A model generated the notes under the pieces. That model did no database searches. It was not told the DNA's origin and saw nothing but the letters and a program-made list of their open reading frames with translations. From the NCBI GenBank assembly GCA_944384305.1, contig CALWSW010000001.1, positions 1-48,344 of the forward strand: DNA of 48,344 bases, in the 5' to 3' direction. Each line of letters opens with the position of its first letter. The stretch's first letter is position 1. Made by a program: the position numbers and the translations under genes. The DNA comes from an uncultured Christensenellaceae bacterium. Lineage in GTDB: Bacteria; Bacillota; Clostridia; Christensenellales; CALWSW01. Below, piece by piece: positions 14,161 to 24,808 of the stretch.

Positions 14161-16136
14161 ATCGCGTCCACCTCCGCCATGATCTGTTGATTGGTAAAGC
14201 CTTTAAGGTCCATCGCGCCCGAGGGGCAGGCCACCGTGCAGGCGCCGCAGCCCTGGCAGACCGCCTCGTTCACCACGGCCACGCGGGCGGTGCGGCGCAC
14301 GCCCTTGTCGTTCAGCTCGCGCTCTTCGTAGGTGATGGCGCCGTAGGGGCAGACCTTTTCGCACGAGGAGCAGCCGTTGCAAAGCAGGGGGTCGGAAGAT
14401 GCCACGCAGGCGTTGTTCACCAGCTTCTGCTTGCACAAGAGGCCGATGACCTTGGCGGCGCAGGCGCTCGCCTGGGCCACGGTCTCGGGAATGTCCTTGG
14501 GTCCCTGGCACACCCCCGAAAGGAACACGCCGGCCGTGGGGCTTTCCACTGGGCGCAGCTTGGGGTGGGCCTCGGTCATGAAGCCGTTGGTGTCGATGCT
14601 GGCGGTGAGCATGGAGGCCACCGAGCGGGCCGTGGGGTCGGGCTCGATGGCGGCGGCGAGCACCACCATGTCGGCCTCCAGGTGCAGCTGGCGGTCGTTT
14701 AACAGGTCGGAGCCCTGCACCTTCAGGCGGCCGCCTTCGCGCGTGACCTTGCCCACCATGCCCTTGACGTACTGCACCCCGTATTCCTCCACCGCGCGGC
14801 GGTAGAATTCGTCGAAGTTCTTGCCGGGGGTGCGCACGTCGATGTAAAAGACCGTAACGCTGACGTCGGGGTACTTGTCGCGCACCAGGATGGCGTGTTT
14901 GGCGGTGTACATGCAGCAGATCTTGGAGCAATAGGGCTTGCCGCAGCCCGAGGTGTCGCGCGAGCCGACGCACTGGATGAACACGATGTGCTTGGGGTGG
15001 CGGCCGTCCGACGGGCAGACCAGATGCCCCCCGGTGGGGCCGGCGGCGTTCATCAGCCGCTCGAACTCCAGCGAGGTCAAAACGTCCTTGCTCTTGCCGT
15101 AGCCAAACTCGCCGAACCCCGAGGGGTCGATCATCTGAAAGCCCGTGGCCATGACGATGGCGCCGTAATTGCGGGTGACGAGCTCGTCTTCCTGGGCAAA
15201 ATCGATGGCCTTGGCCGAGCAGGTGCGCTCGCACAGGCCGCACTTGCCGGTTTTGAAGTGCAGGCAGTGTTCGCGGTCGATGACGGCGATCTTGGGCACG
15301 GCCTGCGCGTAGGGAATGTAGATGGCGCCGCGGGTGTCCATTCCCATATTAAATTCGTTTTTCGTCTTGCGCGAGGGGCACTTTTCGGTGCACTCGCCGC
15401 AGCCCGTGCACAAATCGGCGCGCACACTGCGGGCCTTTTTGCGGATGGTGACGGTGAAGTTGCCCACAAAGCCCTTCACGCTTTCCACCTCGCTGTAGGT
15501 AAACAGCTCGATGTTCTCGTTCGCGCCTGCGTCCACCATCTTGGGGGTGAGGATGCAGGCCGAGCAGTCCAGGGTGGGGAAGGTCTTGTCGAGCTGGGCC
15601 ATGCGCCCGCCGATGGTGGGCTGCTTTTCCACAATGTCCACCGCAAAGCCCGCCTCGGCGATGTCCAGGGCGGTCTGGATGCCGGCGATGCCGCCGCCGA
15701 TGACCAGCGCGCGCTTGGTCACCTCGGTGGTGCCGGAGGTCAGCGGCGCGTCTTTTAATACCTTGGCGATGGCCGCGCGGGCGAGCACGATGGCCTTTTC
15801 GGTCGCTTCTTCCATATTCTTATGGATCCACGAGCAGTGCTCGCGGATGTTGGCGATCTCTACCATGTAGGGGTTCAGCCCGGCGGCGGCAGCGGTCTTT
15901 TTAAAGGTGGCCTCGTGCATCCGCGGCGAGCAGGAGCACACCACGATGCCTGTGAGGCCGTGCTCTTTGACGGCGGACTTGATGAGGTTCTGGCCGCTGT
16001 CGGAGCACATGTACTGGTAGTCGGCGGCGAAGGCCACGCCGGGTTCCTGGCGCACGGCCTCTACCACGCGCCCCACGTCCACCGTGCCGGCGATGTTGCT
16101 GCCGCACCAGCAGACGAAAACGCCTATTTTCTGCAT
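14151..16136 (-). CDS. hdrA: Heterodisulfide reductase subunit A-like flavoprotein (HdrA)
   Basis: Start re-set to ATG 16136 (GAGG SD); the ORF-track N-terminal extension overlaps hdrC and is Arg/Pro-rich junk. Product MQKIGVFVCWCGSNIAGTVDV..., with FAD motif ALVIGGGIAGIQTALDIAEAG and several 4Fe-4S motifs (CTGCGECTEKCP, CGLCERTCS, CNGCSSCEKVCP, CQGCGACTVACP). Confidence 0.9.
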   Translation of the reverse strand: MQKIGVFVCWCGSNIAGTVDVGRVVEAVRQEPGVAFAADYQYMCSDSGQNLIKSAVKEHGLTGIVVCSCSPRMHEATFKKTAAAAGLNPYMVEIANIREHCSWIHKNMEEATEKAIVLARAAIAKVLKDAPLTSGTTEVTKRALVIGGGIAGIQTALDIAEAGFAVDIVEKQPTIGGRMAQLDKTFPTLDCSACILTPKMVDAGANENIELFTYSEVESVKGFVGNFTVTIRKKARSVRADLCTGCGECTEKCPSRKTKNEFNMGMDTRGAIYIPYAQAVPKIAVIDREHCLHFKTGKCGLCERTCSAKAIDFAQEDELVTRNYGAIVMATGFQMIDPSGFGEFGYGKSKDVLTSLEFERLMNAAGPTGGHLVCPSDGRHPKHIVFIQCVGSRDTSGCGKPYCSKICCMYTAKHAILVRDKYPDVSVTVFYIDVRTPGKNFDEFYRRAVEEYGVQYVKGMVGKVTREGGRLKVQGSDLLNDRQLHLEADMVVLAAAIEPDPTARSVASMLTASIDTNGFMTEAHPKLRPVESPTAGVFLSGVCQGPKDIPETVAQASACAAKVIGLLCKQKLVNNACVASSDPLLCNGCSSCEKVCPYGAITYEERELNDKGVRRTARVAVVNEAVCQGCGACTVACPSGAMDLKGFTNQQIMAEVDAICR

Positions 16137-16294
16137 TGAGATACCTCGTTTGAGCCCGCAAAAGCGGGGGAAACGCCGCTTTGCGGGGAAAATTGCCCCT
16201 GCCGGGCAGCGCGCAAAGGGCCTGCCGCAGGCAAAAGGGCGAGGAAAATGTTCAAGGAAAAACCAAAGGAAGAGCCCCAAAGAAGGCAGCCCGC

Positions 16295-16678
16295 CTATTT
16301 GCTGAGCTTGCGGAAGGCGCTCACCACGGCCTGCTGGGGGGTGCCGGCATCGATGAGCTCGGGGATGAGCTGTGCCGGCAGGCGGGTGTGCTCGCGCTCG
16401 CGCAGCACCATGGCCCGCAGGGCCTCGATGAGCGAGGCGGGCTGTACGCCGCGGGGGCAGCGCTCCACACAGGCAAAGCAGGACATGCAGGCGTAAAGCG
16501 ACTTGGACTGCAGAAGCGGCGCGATCTCGCCCCGTTCGACCATGGCGACGAACTGGTGGGGCCGGTAGTCCATGGCGTCGTAGGCCGGGCAAGAGCCCGA
16601 GCACTTGCCGCAGAGCATGCACTTGCGGGTGTTGGTGCCGCTGATGCGCAGCACGGTCTCGCGGGTGGTCTCAGGCAT
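16295..16678 (-). CDS. hdrC: Heterodisulfide reductase subunit C-like (HdrC, 2x4Fe-4S)
   Basis: 127 aa with CMLCGKCSGSCP and CMSCFACVERCP. The start overlaps the hdrB stop by 8 nt. Confidence 0.85.
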   Translation of the reverse strand: MPETTRETVLRISGTNTRKCMLCGKCSGSCPAYDAMDYRPHQFVAMVERGEIAPLLQSKSLYACMSCFACVERCPRGVQPASLIEALRAMVLREREHTRLPAQLIPELIDAGTPQQAVVSAFRKLSK

Positions 16679-17462
16679 GGCCGTTCCCTCCCTTCAGCGC
16701 CGCTTCCAGCAGCTCGGTCACGTAGTAGACCGGCAGGCTGCCGCCGCTGTGGCGCGAAAGATTGTACTGGCACAGCGGGCAGGCCGTGACCAGCGCTTCG
16801 GCCCCGGCTTCGCGCGCGCTCGTCAAAATGGCGCGGGTGCGGCGCGAAGCCGCCGCGGGGTCGGTGAGCGAAAGGTAGCCCGCGCAGCACTCGTTTTTCT
16901 GGTCGTAGTCCACGGGTGCAGCGCCCAGGGCGCGCAGAAGGTCCTCCAGCATGGTGGGGGATTCGGGGTCGTCAAACTGCATCACGTCCGCCGGGCGCAG
17001 CAGCAAACAGCCGTAATATGCCCCGATCTTTTGCCCCGTCAAGGGGTGTTTGACCTGCTGTTTAATGGTTTCAAACCCCACGTCGTTTTTCAGTACCTCC
17101 AGGTAGTGGAGCACTTTGGTCTCCCCGGCGTAGGGCGTGGAAAGGCCGAGGTAGTTGGCGGCCTTTTGCCGCAGGTCGGGGTTTTTGGCCATGTCGGCGT
17201 TTACCCGCTTGATGACGTGGTGGCAGGCCGAACAGAGCGTGACGAGTGGCACGCCGGCCTCGCGCGCCGCCAATAAGGCGCGCACGGCCGAAAGCCGGGC
17301 GGCGACTTCGTCCTGCGCCATGGGGTACACCGCGCCGCAGCACTGCCACTCGGGCACCTCGGTGAGCGTGACGCCCAAACATTCGGCTGCGGCGCGGGCC
17401 GAAGCGTCCAGCGCTTTGGCCTTGGTCTTGAGCGTGCAGCCGGGGTAGTAGTAATAGTTCAT
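16671..17462 (-). CDS. hdrB: Heterodisulfide reductase subunit B-like (HdrB, two CCG domains)
   Basis: 263 aa starting MNYYYYPGC, with two CCG-type motifs (EWQCCGAVYP and NECCAGYL) plus CSACHH and CPLCQ. Confidence 0.9.
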   Translation of the reverse strand: MNYYYYPGCTLKTKAKALDASARAAAECLGVTLTEVPEWQCCGAVYPMAQDEVAARLSAVRALLAAREAGVPLVTLCSACHHVIKRVNADMAKNPDLRQKAANYLGLSTPYAGETKVLHYLEVLKNDVGFETIKQQVKHPLTGQKIGAYYGCLLLRPADVMQFDDPESPTMLEDLLRALGAAPVDYDQKNECCAGYLSLTDPAAASRRTRAILTSAREAGAEALVTACPLCQYNLSRHSGGSLPVYYVTELLEAALKGGNGHA

Positions 17463-17515
17463 TGCAATCCTCGCGATGGGTCTTTCGCTGCTTATTTGGC
17501 CGCGCCCCGGAATGT

Positions 17516-18883
<1,368 letters not shown>

Positions 18884-18898
18884 TTTCTTCGCCCCCTT

Positions 18899-19882
18899 TC
18901 ACACGCTCAGCAGCTTTTTTGCCGAATCCATGGAAAGATCCAGCCCCGAAATGACCTCGCGCAAGCTCTCAGCGCTGCGCTCGAGCAGCGCCTGTTCGCT
19001 TTCAAGAAGTGTGGGGGTCAATTTGGTCTTGATGCCCCGGGAGGTGACGATGCAGGGCAGGCTGAGGCAGACGTCGTGGATGCCGTATTCGCCGTGCAGC
19101 ATGGACGAGACCGACAGCAGGGAGTTGCGGCCGTCGAAAATGGTCTTGATGATGTGGCAGGCCCCGATGGAGACGGCGTAGAAGGTGGCGCCCTTGCGGG
19201 AAATGACCTTGCCGCCCGAGGTGCGGGTGTACTGCTCGATCTCCTCGCGGTTGAACTCGGGCAGCGCGCCGATGTCTTCGTTGTGGTCGATGGTGGCCAA
19301 ATAGTCGTCCAGCCCGATGCCGCCGATGGTGGCGAGCGACCACGGCACGAAGGAGGTGTCGCCGTGTTCGCCAAACACGCTGGCGTATACGTTCTTCTGG
19401 CTGATGTCGAGGTACTCGGCGATGCGCGAGCGCAGGCGGGCGGTGTCCAAAATGGTGCCCGAGCCGATGATCTGCCGTTCGGGCAGGCCGGAGATTTTGG
19501 TGAACACGTAGGTCAAAATGTCCACCGGGTTGGCGATGATGAGGTAGATGGCGTTGGGGGCGTAGTGGACCAATTCGGGCGTGATGAGCTTGATGATGTC
19601 CACATTGGTCTGCGCGAGGTCCAGCCGGCTTTGGCCGGGCTTGCGCGCTACGCCGCAGGCGATGACCACCACGTCGGACCCCACGGCGTCGGAGTAGTTG
19701 CCGGCGTAGATCGAGACCGGCGCGCAAAAGGGCGTGCCCTGGCGGATGTCCATGGCCTCGCCGAGCGCTTTGTCCTCCTTGAGGTCGATGAGGGCGATTT
19801 CAGAAGCGATGCCCGTGACCACGAGGGTATAGGCGATGGTCGCGCCGACGCTGCCGGCGCCCACAATGGTGATCTTGCTCAT
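18899..19882 (-). CDS. mdh: LDH-family malate dehydrogenase (Arg at the Q102/R102 specificity position)
   Basis: 327 aa with ITIVGAGSVGATIAY (NAD) and catalytic GEHGDTS. The substrate loop GVARKPGQSR aligns to LDH GANQKPGETR, giving Arg in place of Gln102, the MDH determinant. Confidence 0.85.
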   Translation of the reverse strand: MSKITIVGAGSVGATIAYTLVVTGIASEIALIDLKEDKALGEAMDIRQGTPFCAPVSIYAGNYSDAVGSDVVVIACGVARKPGQSRLDLAQTNVDIIKLITPELVHYAPNAIYLIIANPVDILTYVFTKISGLPERQIIGSGTILDTARLRSRIAEYLDISQKNVYASVFGEHGDTSFVPWSLATIGGIGLDDYLATIDHNEDIGALPEFNREEIEQYTRTSGGKVISRKGATFYAVSIGACHIIKTIFDGRNSLLSVSSMLHGEYGIHDVCLSLPCIVTSRGIKTKLTPTLLESEQALLERSAESLREVISGLDLSMDSAKKLLSV

Positions 19883-19984
19883 GATTGTCTCACTTTCTTG
19901 GCCGAGTTGCCAGAATGTTGGCGTTTTTGTTCGGAAGGAAACAGAAGTTAACTTATGGGAGCGAAAAAAGCCGAAATCAAGTTA

Positions 19985-20014
19985 AATATAAAACAAACAA
20001 ATAAGAAATGTCAA
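19985..20014 (-). promoter_or_regulatory. Sigma-A-type promoter for the mdh operon (TTGACA-18-TATATT)
   Basis: The minus strand reads cacTTGACAtttcttatttgtttgtttTATATTtaac, about 100 nt upstream of the mdh ATG in an AT-rich gap. Confidence 0.5.
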
Positions 20015-20101
20015 GTGCGTTTGTAAATAAATTAACGAGTATGCTGAGGTAAACTTGCGCTGTGTGTCGAAACTCTGCCCAAACGGTACAAAAAATCATA
20101 T

Positions 20102-20137
20102 AAAAACTCCTGCGCAGGCAAAACGCAGGAGTTTTTT
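20102..20137. terminator. Bidirectional rho-independent terminator (serves the SorC-family regulator gene)
   Basis: AAAAA-CTCCTGCG-caggcaaaa-CGCAGGAG-TTTTTT. Confidence 0.7.
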
Positions 20138-20171
20138 AAAACAAGGGGAGCGGTAGAAAGCCAAGTGTCCG

Positions 20172-21134
20172 TCACGCGCTTCGTTCCGCCTCTGCAATGC
20201 GCATGATCTCTTCGGCGGTCAGCGAGTCGATGACCAAAATATCGATCAGTTCGTTCCGAAGGGCGCTGTAGATCGCCTGGGCCTTCTGCCGGCCGGTGAT
20301 GCAGGCCATCACGCAGTCGGCGCGGCGAATATCTTCAATAGAGATGCCCAGCGTGCGGCCGTCGAGGGTTTCGTCGCAGGGGCGGCCGCTCTCGTCAAAG
20401 AAGCGGCAGCAAATACTGCCCACGGCGCGGTTTTCTTTCAGGCGGACGAGGTCGGCGTCGGTGATGTAGCCGGCCTGGTACAGGCAGCTGCCCGCGTCGG
20501 GCAGGGCGATGTTGATCAGAAGCTTGTTGCAGCGCGCACCCGATTCCAGCACCCGCCGGATCTTAAAATCGTGCCGCAGGGTGTCGGAGATGATGGGGCT
20601 GTCCACAATGACGGGGCAGGGGAAGGCGTAGGCTTCCTTGGCGTTCCATTTGCGCGAGAGGTTGCCGACGATCTCGTTGGCGTAGCCCCGCACCATGGCG
20701 TTGTCCACGCTGCCGGTGATCTGGCACACCATGTCCAGCGAAACTTCCTGTTCGGCCAGGGCGGTAGAAAACTCGTAAAGCGTCCACCCCCAGCTCACGC
20801 CCAAACGGTCGCCCTCTTTCAAAAAGCCGGAAAGGTATTCCGCCCCCGCCTTGGCGGTGATTTTGACCGAAAGGCCGCTGTTGTCGTCCGGCACAGAGGC
20901 GATCTTCAGCCCGCTGAGCGAAAAGGTGGCGAGCATGCGGCGCTCCAGGTCGTGAACGGTGTCTTCTTCGCTGTCGATGAAGATCTTGACCACGCCCGCT
21001 TCGCGCGCTTCTGCCAGCTTGCGGGAGACGATGGTGCGGGAAATATCGTAACGCTGGGCGATCTCTGCCTGCGTGAGCCCCTGCTCGTAATAGAGCTTGG
21101 CAATATCGACTAATAGTTTTCGTTTCTGTTCCAT
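20172..21134 (-). CDS. SorC/DeoR(Bsu)/CggR-family sugar-phosphate-binding transcriptional regulator
   Basis: Start re-set to ATG 21134; the ORF-track upstream 105 codons run through an AT-rich intergenic region. N-terminal HTH region (LVDIAKLYYEQGLTQAEIAQRYDISRTIVSRKLAEAREAGVV) plus a long C-terminal sugar-binding-type domain. Confidence 0.85.
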   Translation of the reverse strand: MEQKRKLLVDIAKLYYEQGLTQAEIAQRYDISRTIVSRKLAEAREAGVVKIFIDSEEDTVHDLERRMLATFSLSGLKIASVPDDNSGLSVKITAKAGAEYLSGFLKEGDRLGVSWGWTLYEFSTALAEQEVSLDMVCQITGSVDNAMVRGYANEIVGNLSRKWNAKEAYAFPCPVIVDSPIISDTLRHDFKIRRVLESGARCNKLLINIALPDAGSCLYQAGYITDADLVRLKENRAVGSICCRFFDESGRPCDETLDGRTLGISIEDIRRADCVMACITGRQKAQAIYSALRNELIDILVIDSLTAEEIMRIAEAERSA

Positions 21135-21443
21135 ATAACGTAGTTGCTCTGCTGAGCGGTCGTTGGGAAAATGGGGGAAGGATATCCCTATCATACGCCA
21201 CGAATGTGAAACTTTCAAGAACGAAAGTTGCGAATGTTCATTTTTAACAAGAATACAGCAAACGCAATTTTGAAAAACAAAGGGATGTTTGGCAAAGGGG
21301 ACAGAGAGGGAAGAGGCAAAGCGGGACCTTCCGAAAATTGTGGGGAGCGAATGAGAGACGTTAGAGAAATAAAGGACCGCTGGAAGAATGAGGATGAACA
21401 TTTTCCCTAAAAAATAAAAAATAGAGAATTTGCAACAAAAGGC

Positions 21444-21472
21444 TTGCACAAATATGCAGGCTGTGCTAGGAT
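21444..21472 (+). promoter_or_regulatory. Candidate promoter of the aldolase-deoC-kinase-SDR operon (TTGCAC-17-TAGGAT; overlapping alternative TTGCAA-17-TATGCA at 21429)
   Basis: Hexamers and spacing read from the sequence; about 110 nt upstream of GTG 21585. Confidence 0.3.
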
Positions 21473-21496
21473 GAAAGCAGGCCGAACAAATGCGCT

Positions 21497-21510
21497 AAAA
21501 TCTAGATTTT
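21497..21510. promoter_or_regulatory. Perfect 14-bp palindrome AAAATCTAGATTTT in the operon leader (candidate operator)
   Basis: Read directly. It lies between the candidate promoter and the first gene of the divergent operon. Confidence 0.35.
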
Positions 21511-21584
21511 GAACAAAAGTTATTCGCCCGTCAGCTGACACCCCATCCCTTTGACCCCACAACCGAACAAAGGAGGAACCCCAA

Positions 21585-22478
21585 GTGGCATATAAGTCCT
21601 TTCAAGGCGCCGTGACCGAGCTGATCACGCCTTTTACGCAATCGGGCGAAGTCGATTACGCGCTGCTGCGCGCCGAAGCCGAATACCAGATCGAGGCCGG
21701 CATTGCGGCGCTCTTTACCAACGGCCTGGCGAGCGAGGCGCTCTCTTTGACCGCCGGCGAACAGATCCAGACCACCGCCGAGGTCGTCAAGCAGGCGGCC
21801 GGCCGCGTGCCGGTCATGGGCAACATCGTGCAGAACACCACCAAGGAAGCGCTCAAAGTTCTCAAGGGCTACGAGGAAGCCGGCGTGGACGCCATTTCGA
21901 TCGAGCAGCCCAACGTATACGCCTTTACCCAGGACGGTCTTTACGAGTTTTTTGAGACCCTCATCCGCGCGACCAAGCTGCCGGTGTGCATTTACAACGC
22001 GCCCCAAAGCGGCAATGTTTTGGCGGCGGCGACCGTTGCCAAGCTCTTTCAAAACAACGAGAACCTGTATTACTACAAAGAATCCACGCTGGATTTTGTG
22101 CACATTCAGGAGACCATGCGGCTCATTGGGCACGACCGGCCCATGGAATTCCTCAACGGCAGTGACGCCACCACCTACCCCGTGATGCTGCTTGGCGGCA
22201 AGGGCATCATCTCGCTGATCTCGGCGGTCTTCCCCGAGCCCATCATCAAGCTGTGCGCGCTGGTGAACGAGGGCAAAATTCAAGAAGCCCAGGCCCAGCA
22301 GGAATACGTGCTGCGCCTGCGCCAGGCCCTGAAGGCCGGCCCGTTCGTGGCGGGCTACAAGTACGCCGCTTCGCTCGTTGGGCTGGACCTCGGTTTCATG
22401 CGCAAGCCCCTGGCCGAAGCCACCGACGCCGACAAGGCCAAGATCAAAGCCAATTTGGAAGCCCTTGGTTTGGTGTAA
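21585..22478 (+). CDS. Dihydrodipicolinate synthase/N-acetylneuraminate lyase-family class I aldolase
   Basis: 297 aa; GTG start with AAAGGAGG upstream. AVTELITPFTQSGEVDY..., LFTNGLASE, and YNAPQSG (typical family motif is YN.P); the YYYKEST lysine region is consistent with the Schiff-base Lys. Confidence 0.85.
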   Translation: MAYKSFQGAVTELITPFTQSGEVDYALLRAEAEYQIEAGIAALFTNGLASEALSLTAGEQIQTTAEVVKQAAGRVPVMGNIVQNTTKEALKVLKGYEEAGVDAISIEQPNVYAFTQDGLYEFFETLIRATKLPVCIYNAPQSGNVLAAATVAKLFQNNENLYYYKESTLDFVHIQETMRLIGHDRPMEFLNGSDATTYPVMLLGGKGIISLISAVFPEPIIKLCALVNEGKIQEAQAQQEYVLRLRQALKAGPFVAGYKYAASLVGLDLGFMRKPLAEATDADKAKIKANLEALGLV

Positions 22479-22521
22479 AGCAAAACCATCCCCCTTACCT
22501 TCGATTTAGGAGAACAAAGCC

Positions 22522-23196
22522 ATGAACATTACCAGAAAAGAACTCGCCGGCATGATGGACCACACCCTGCTCAAGGCGTTTTCCACCCCGGCTGATATTG
22601 AAAAAGTCTGCAAGGAAGCCATGGAGATCGGCGCGGCTTCGGTGTGCGTCAACCCCGTGAACGTCAAGCAGGCCGCGGCGCTGCTGAAGGGCTCGGGCGT
22701 AAAGACCTGCACGGTCATCGGCTTCCCCCTGGGCGCCAACACCCCCGAGACCAAGGCCTTTGAAACAAAGGACGCCATTGCAAACGGCGCGGAAGAAGTC
22801 GACATGGTCATCAACATCGGCGCGGCCAAAGCCGGCGATTTTGAGACGGTGTACCAGGACATCAAGGCCGTGGTGGACGCCGCAAACGGCACGCTCGTAA
22901 AGGTCATCATCGAGACCTGCTACCTCACCGACGACGAAAAGGCAAACGCCTGCAAGGCAGCGGCCAAGGCCGGCGCGAATTTTGTAAAAACCAGCACGGG
23001 CTTCGGCACGGGCGGCGCAACGGCGCACGACGTGGCGCTGATGAAGGCCAGCATCCCCGCCAACATGAAGGTCAAGGCCTCGGGCGGCATGCGCAAGTGG
23101 GAAGACGTCGTTCCCAACTTGGAAGCGGGCGCCGACAGACTGGGCGTTTCGGCTTCCATCGCCATCCTCGCCGGCTACGACGAAGCGAACAAGTGA
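22522..23196 (+). CDS. deoC: Deoxyribose-phosphate aldolase
   Basis: 224 aa; [41 protein letters not shown] (Schiff-base Lys), KASGG. Confidence 0.9.
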   Translation: MNITRKELAGMMDHTLLKAFSTPADIEKVCKEAMEIGAASVCVNPVNVKQAAALLKGSGVKTCTVIGFPLGANTPETKAFETKDAIANGAEEVDMVINIGAAKAGDFETVYQDIKAVVDAANGTLVKVIIETCYLTDDEKANACKAAAKAGANFVKTSTGFGTGGATAHDVALMKASIPANMKVKASGGMRKWEDVVPNLEAGADRLGVSASIAILAGYDEANK

Positions 23197-23270
23197 GTTT
23201 CCCCCTCCCCTAAGAGCGCACAGAGACCCCAAAGAGAGCATATCGCCCAACTTCAGGAAGGAGAACGAAA

Positions 23271-24797
23271 GTGAAAAACAAGATCATGGCGTTCGACCTG
23301 GGCACCACCGGCATCAAGGTCGTCATCTTCGACGACAAGGCCAATGCCCTGGCTACGGAATATCGCGAATATCCCTCCTACTACCCGCACAACGACTGGG
23401 TGGAACAGAACCCCGACGACTGGTGGAACGCTTTTTGCGACATCTCCAAGACCCTCATTGAAAAGCACGGCATTGACCCGAACGAAATTGCGGGTGTGGC
23501 CCCTTCAGGGCAAATGTCCACCGCGATCCCGATCGACAAAGACGGCAATTTGCTGTTGAGCCCGGTGTTTATTTGGGCCGATATGCGCACCGGCAAACAG
23601 GTCAAAGAAGTGTGCGAAAAGCTGGGCGGTTTTGAAAAATTCTACGACATTACCGCCGGCGGCCTGGCCACCGAGACCTATTCGGCCATGAAGATCGCGT
23701 GGTACAACGACAACATGCCCGAATTGGTGGAAAAGACCTGGAAATTTTTGCAGGCGAAAGAATATGTGGCCTTCCGCCTGACGGGCGAAGTGGCGACCGA
23801 CTACACCGACGCTTCCGACTCGGCCATGATGGACCGCCGCACGCGCGACTGGTCGCCCGAGATCCTAGAAGCCATTGGCATTACCGCCGACAAACTGCCC
23901 AAGATCTACCCCTCCTCCCACGTGATGGGCCACGTGACCGCACAGGCGGCCAAGCTGACCGGCCTGGTGGAAGGCACCCCCGTGGTGGTGGGCGGCGGCG
24001 ACGTTTCCATCGGCGCGGCCGGTGCGGGCATCGTGGAAGAGGGGATCTGCTACATGTACATCGGCTCGGCCATGTGGACGGGCGTTTACAGCCCCCACAC
24101 CGTGGCAGACTGCCCCTCGCGCGTTCTGGGCCTTTCGGACGTTTCCGGCAAGGGATATGTGCCGCACCACATCGTGTTTGGCGGCGGCGTGTGCTACCAG
24201 TGGCTGAGGGACCTGCCCAAGTTCGACGGCCAGCACGAAGCGCTCAGCTACGACCGGCTCAACGAGCTGGCGCTCGACTGCCCGCCCGGGGCAGACGGCC
24301 TGATCTTTTTGCCCTACATGCGCGGCGGCGGGGCGCCTCACCACAACCCCAAGGCGCGCGGCGCGTTCATCGGCATGGGCCTGAACAACCACTACGGCCA
24401 TTACTCCCGCGCCGTTATGGAAGGCATCGCTTTTGGCCTGCGCGAAATGGTCGAGATCTTCAACGTGCCGTTTACAGAAGTGCGCATGGCGGGCGGCGGC
24501 GCAAAATCCAAGGTGTGGCGGCAGATCATTGCCGATATCACCGGCAAGAAGGTCACCACCACGGCCCTCACGCAGGAGACCAACGCCTGGGGCGCGGCGC
24601 TGTGCGCGGGCGTGGGCGTCGGGCTGTTTGAAGACTTTACCGTTACCAACAAGCTGCTGCCCGTTCTCGAGACCGTGGAACCCCGGCCGGAATACAAGCC
24701 TTTGTACGACAGGATGTTCGCCACCTTCAAGGAAGCTTACAAGGCCCTTGTGCCCACGCTGGAAGAACTGGCGGCCTGCCGCAAGGACGACGAATAA
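23271..24797 (+). CDS. FGGY-family carbohydrate kinase (xylulokinase-like; substrate unknown)
   Basis: 508 aa; GTG start 7 nt after AGGAG. MAFDLGTTGIKVVIFD, and VRMAGGGAKSKVWRQIIADITG near the C-terminus. Confidence 0.9.
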   Translation: MKNKIMAFDLGTTGIKVVIFDDKANALATEYREYPSYYPHNDWVEQNPDDWWNAFCDISKTLIEKHGIDPNEIAGVAPSGQMSTAIPIDKDGNLLLSPVFIWADMRTGKQVKEVCEKLGGFEKFYDITAGGLATETYSAMKIAWYNDNMPELVEKTWKFLQAKEYVAFRLTGEVATDYTDASDSAMMDRRTRDWSPEILEAIGITADKLPKIYPSSHVMGHVTAQAAKLTGLVEGTPVVVGGGDVSIGAAGAGIVEEGICYMYIGSAMWTGVYSPHTVADCPSRVLGLSDVSGKGYVPHHIVFGGGVCYQWLRDLPKFDGQHEALSYDRLNELALDCPPGADGLIFLPYMRGGGAPHHNPKARGAFIGMGLNNHYGHYSRAVMEGIAFGLREMVEIFNVPFTEVRMAGGGAKSKVWRQIIADITGKKVTTTALTQETNAWGAALCAGVGVGLFEDFTVTNKLLPVLETVEPRPEYKPLYDRMFATFKEAYKALVPTLEELAACRKDDE

Positions 24798-24808
24798 GGA
24801 GTATGACC

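Noticed and set aside
16137-16622. N-terminal 162-codon extension of the hdrA ORF in the ORF track
   Set aside because: The extension overlaps hdrC in another frame and is Arg/Pro/His-rich junk. ATG 16136 has a GAGG RBS and yields the conserved HdrA N-terminus MQKIGVFVCWCGSNIAG.
21135-21449. N-terminal 105-codon extension of the SorC-family regulator ORF
   Set aside because: It runs through AT-rich intergenic DNA and encodes an implausible Phe/Ile/Cys-rich peptide. The HTH domain begins right after ATG 21134.
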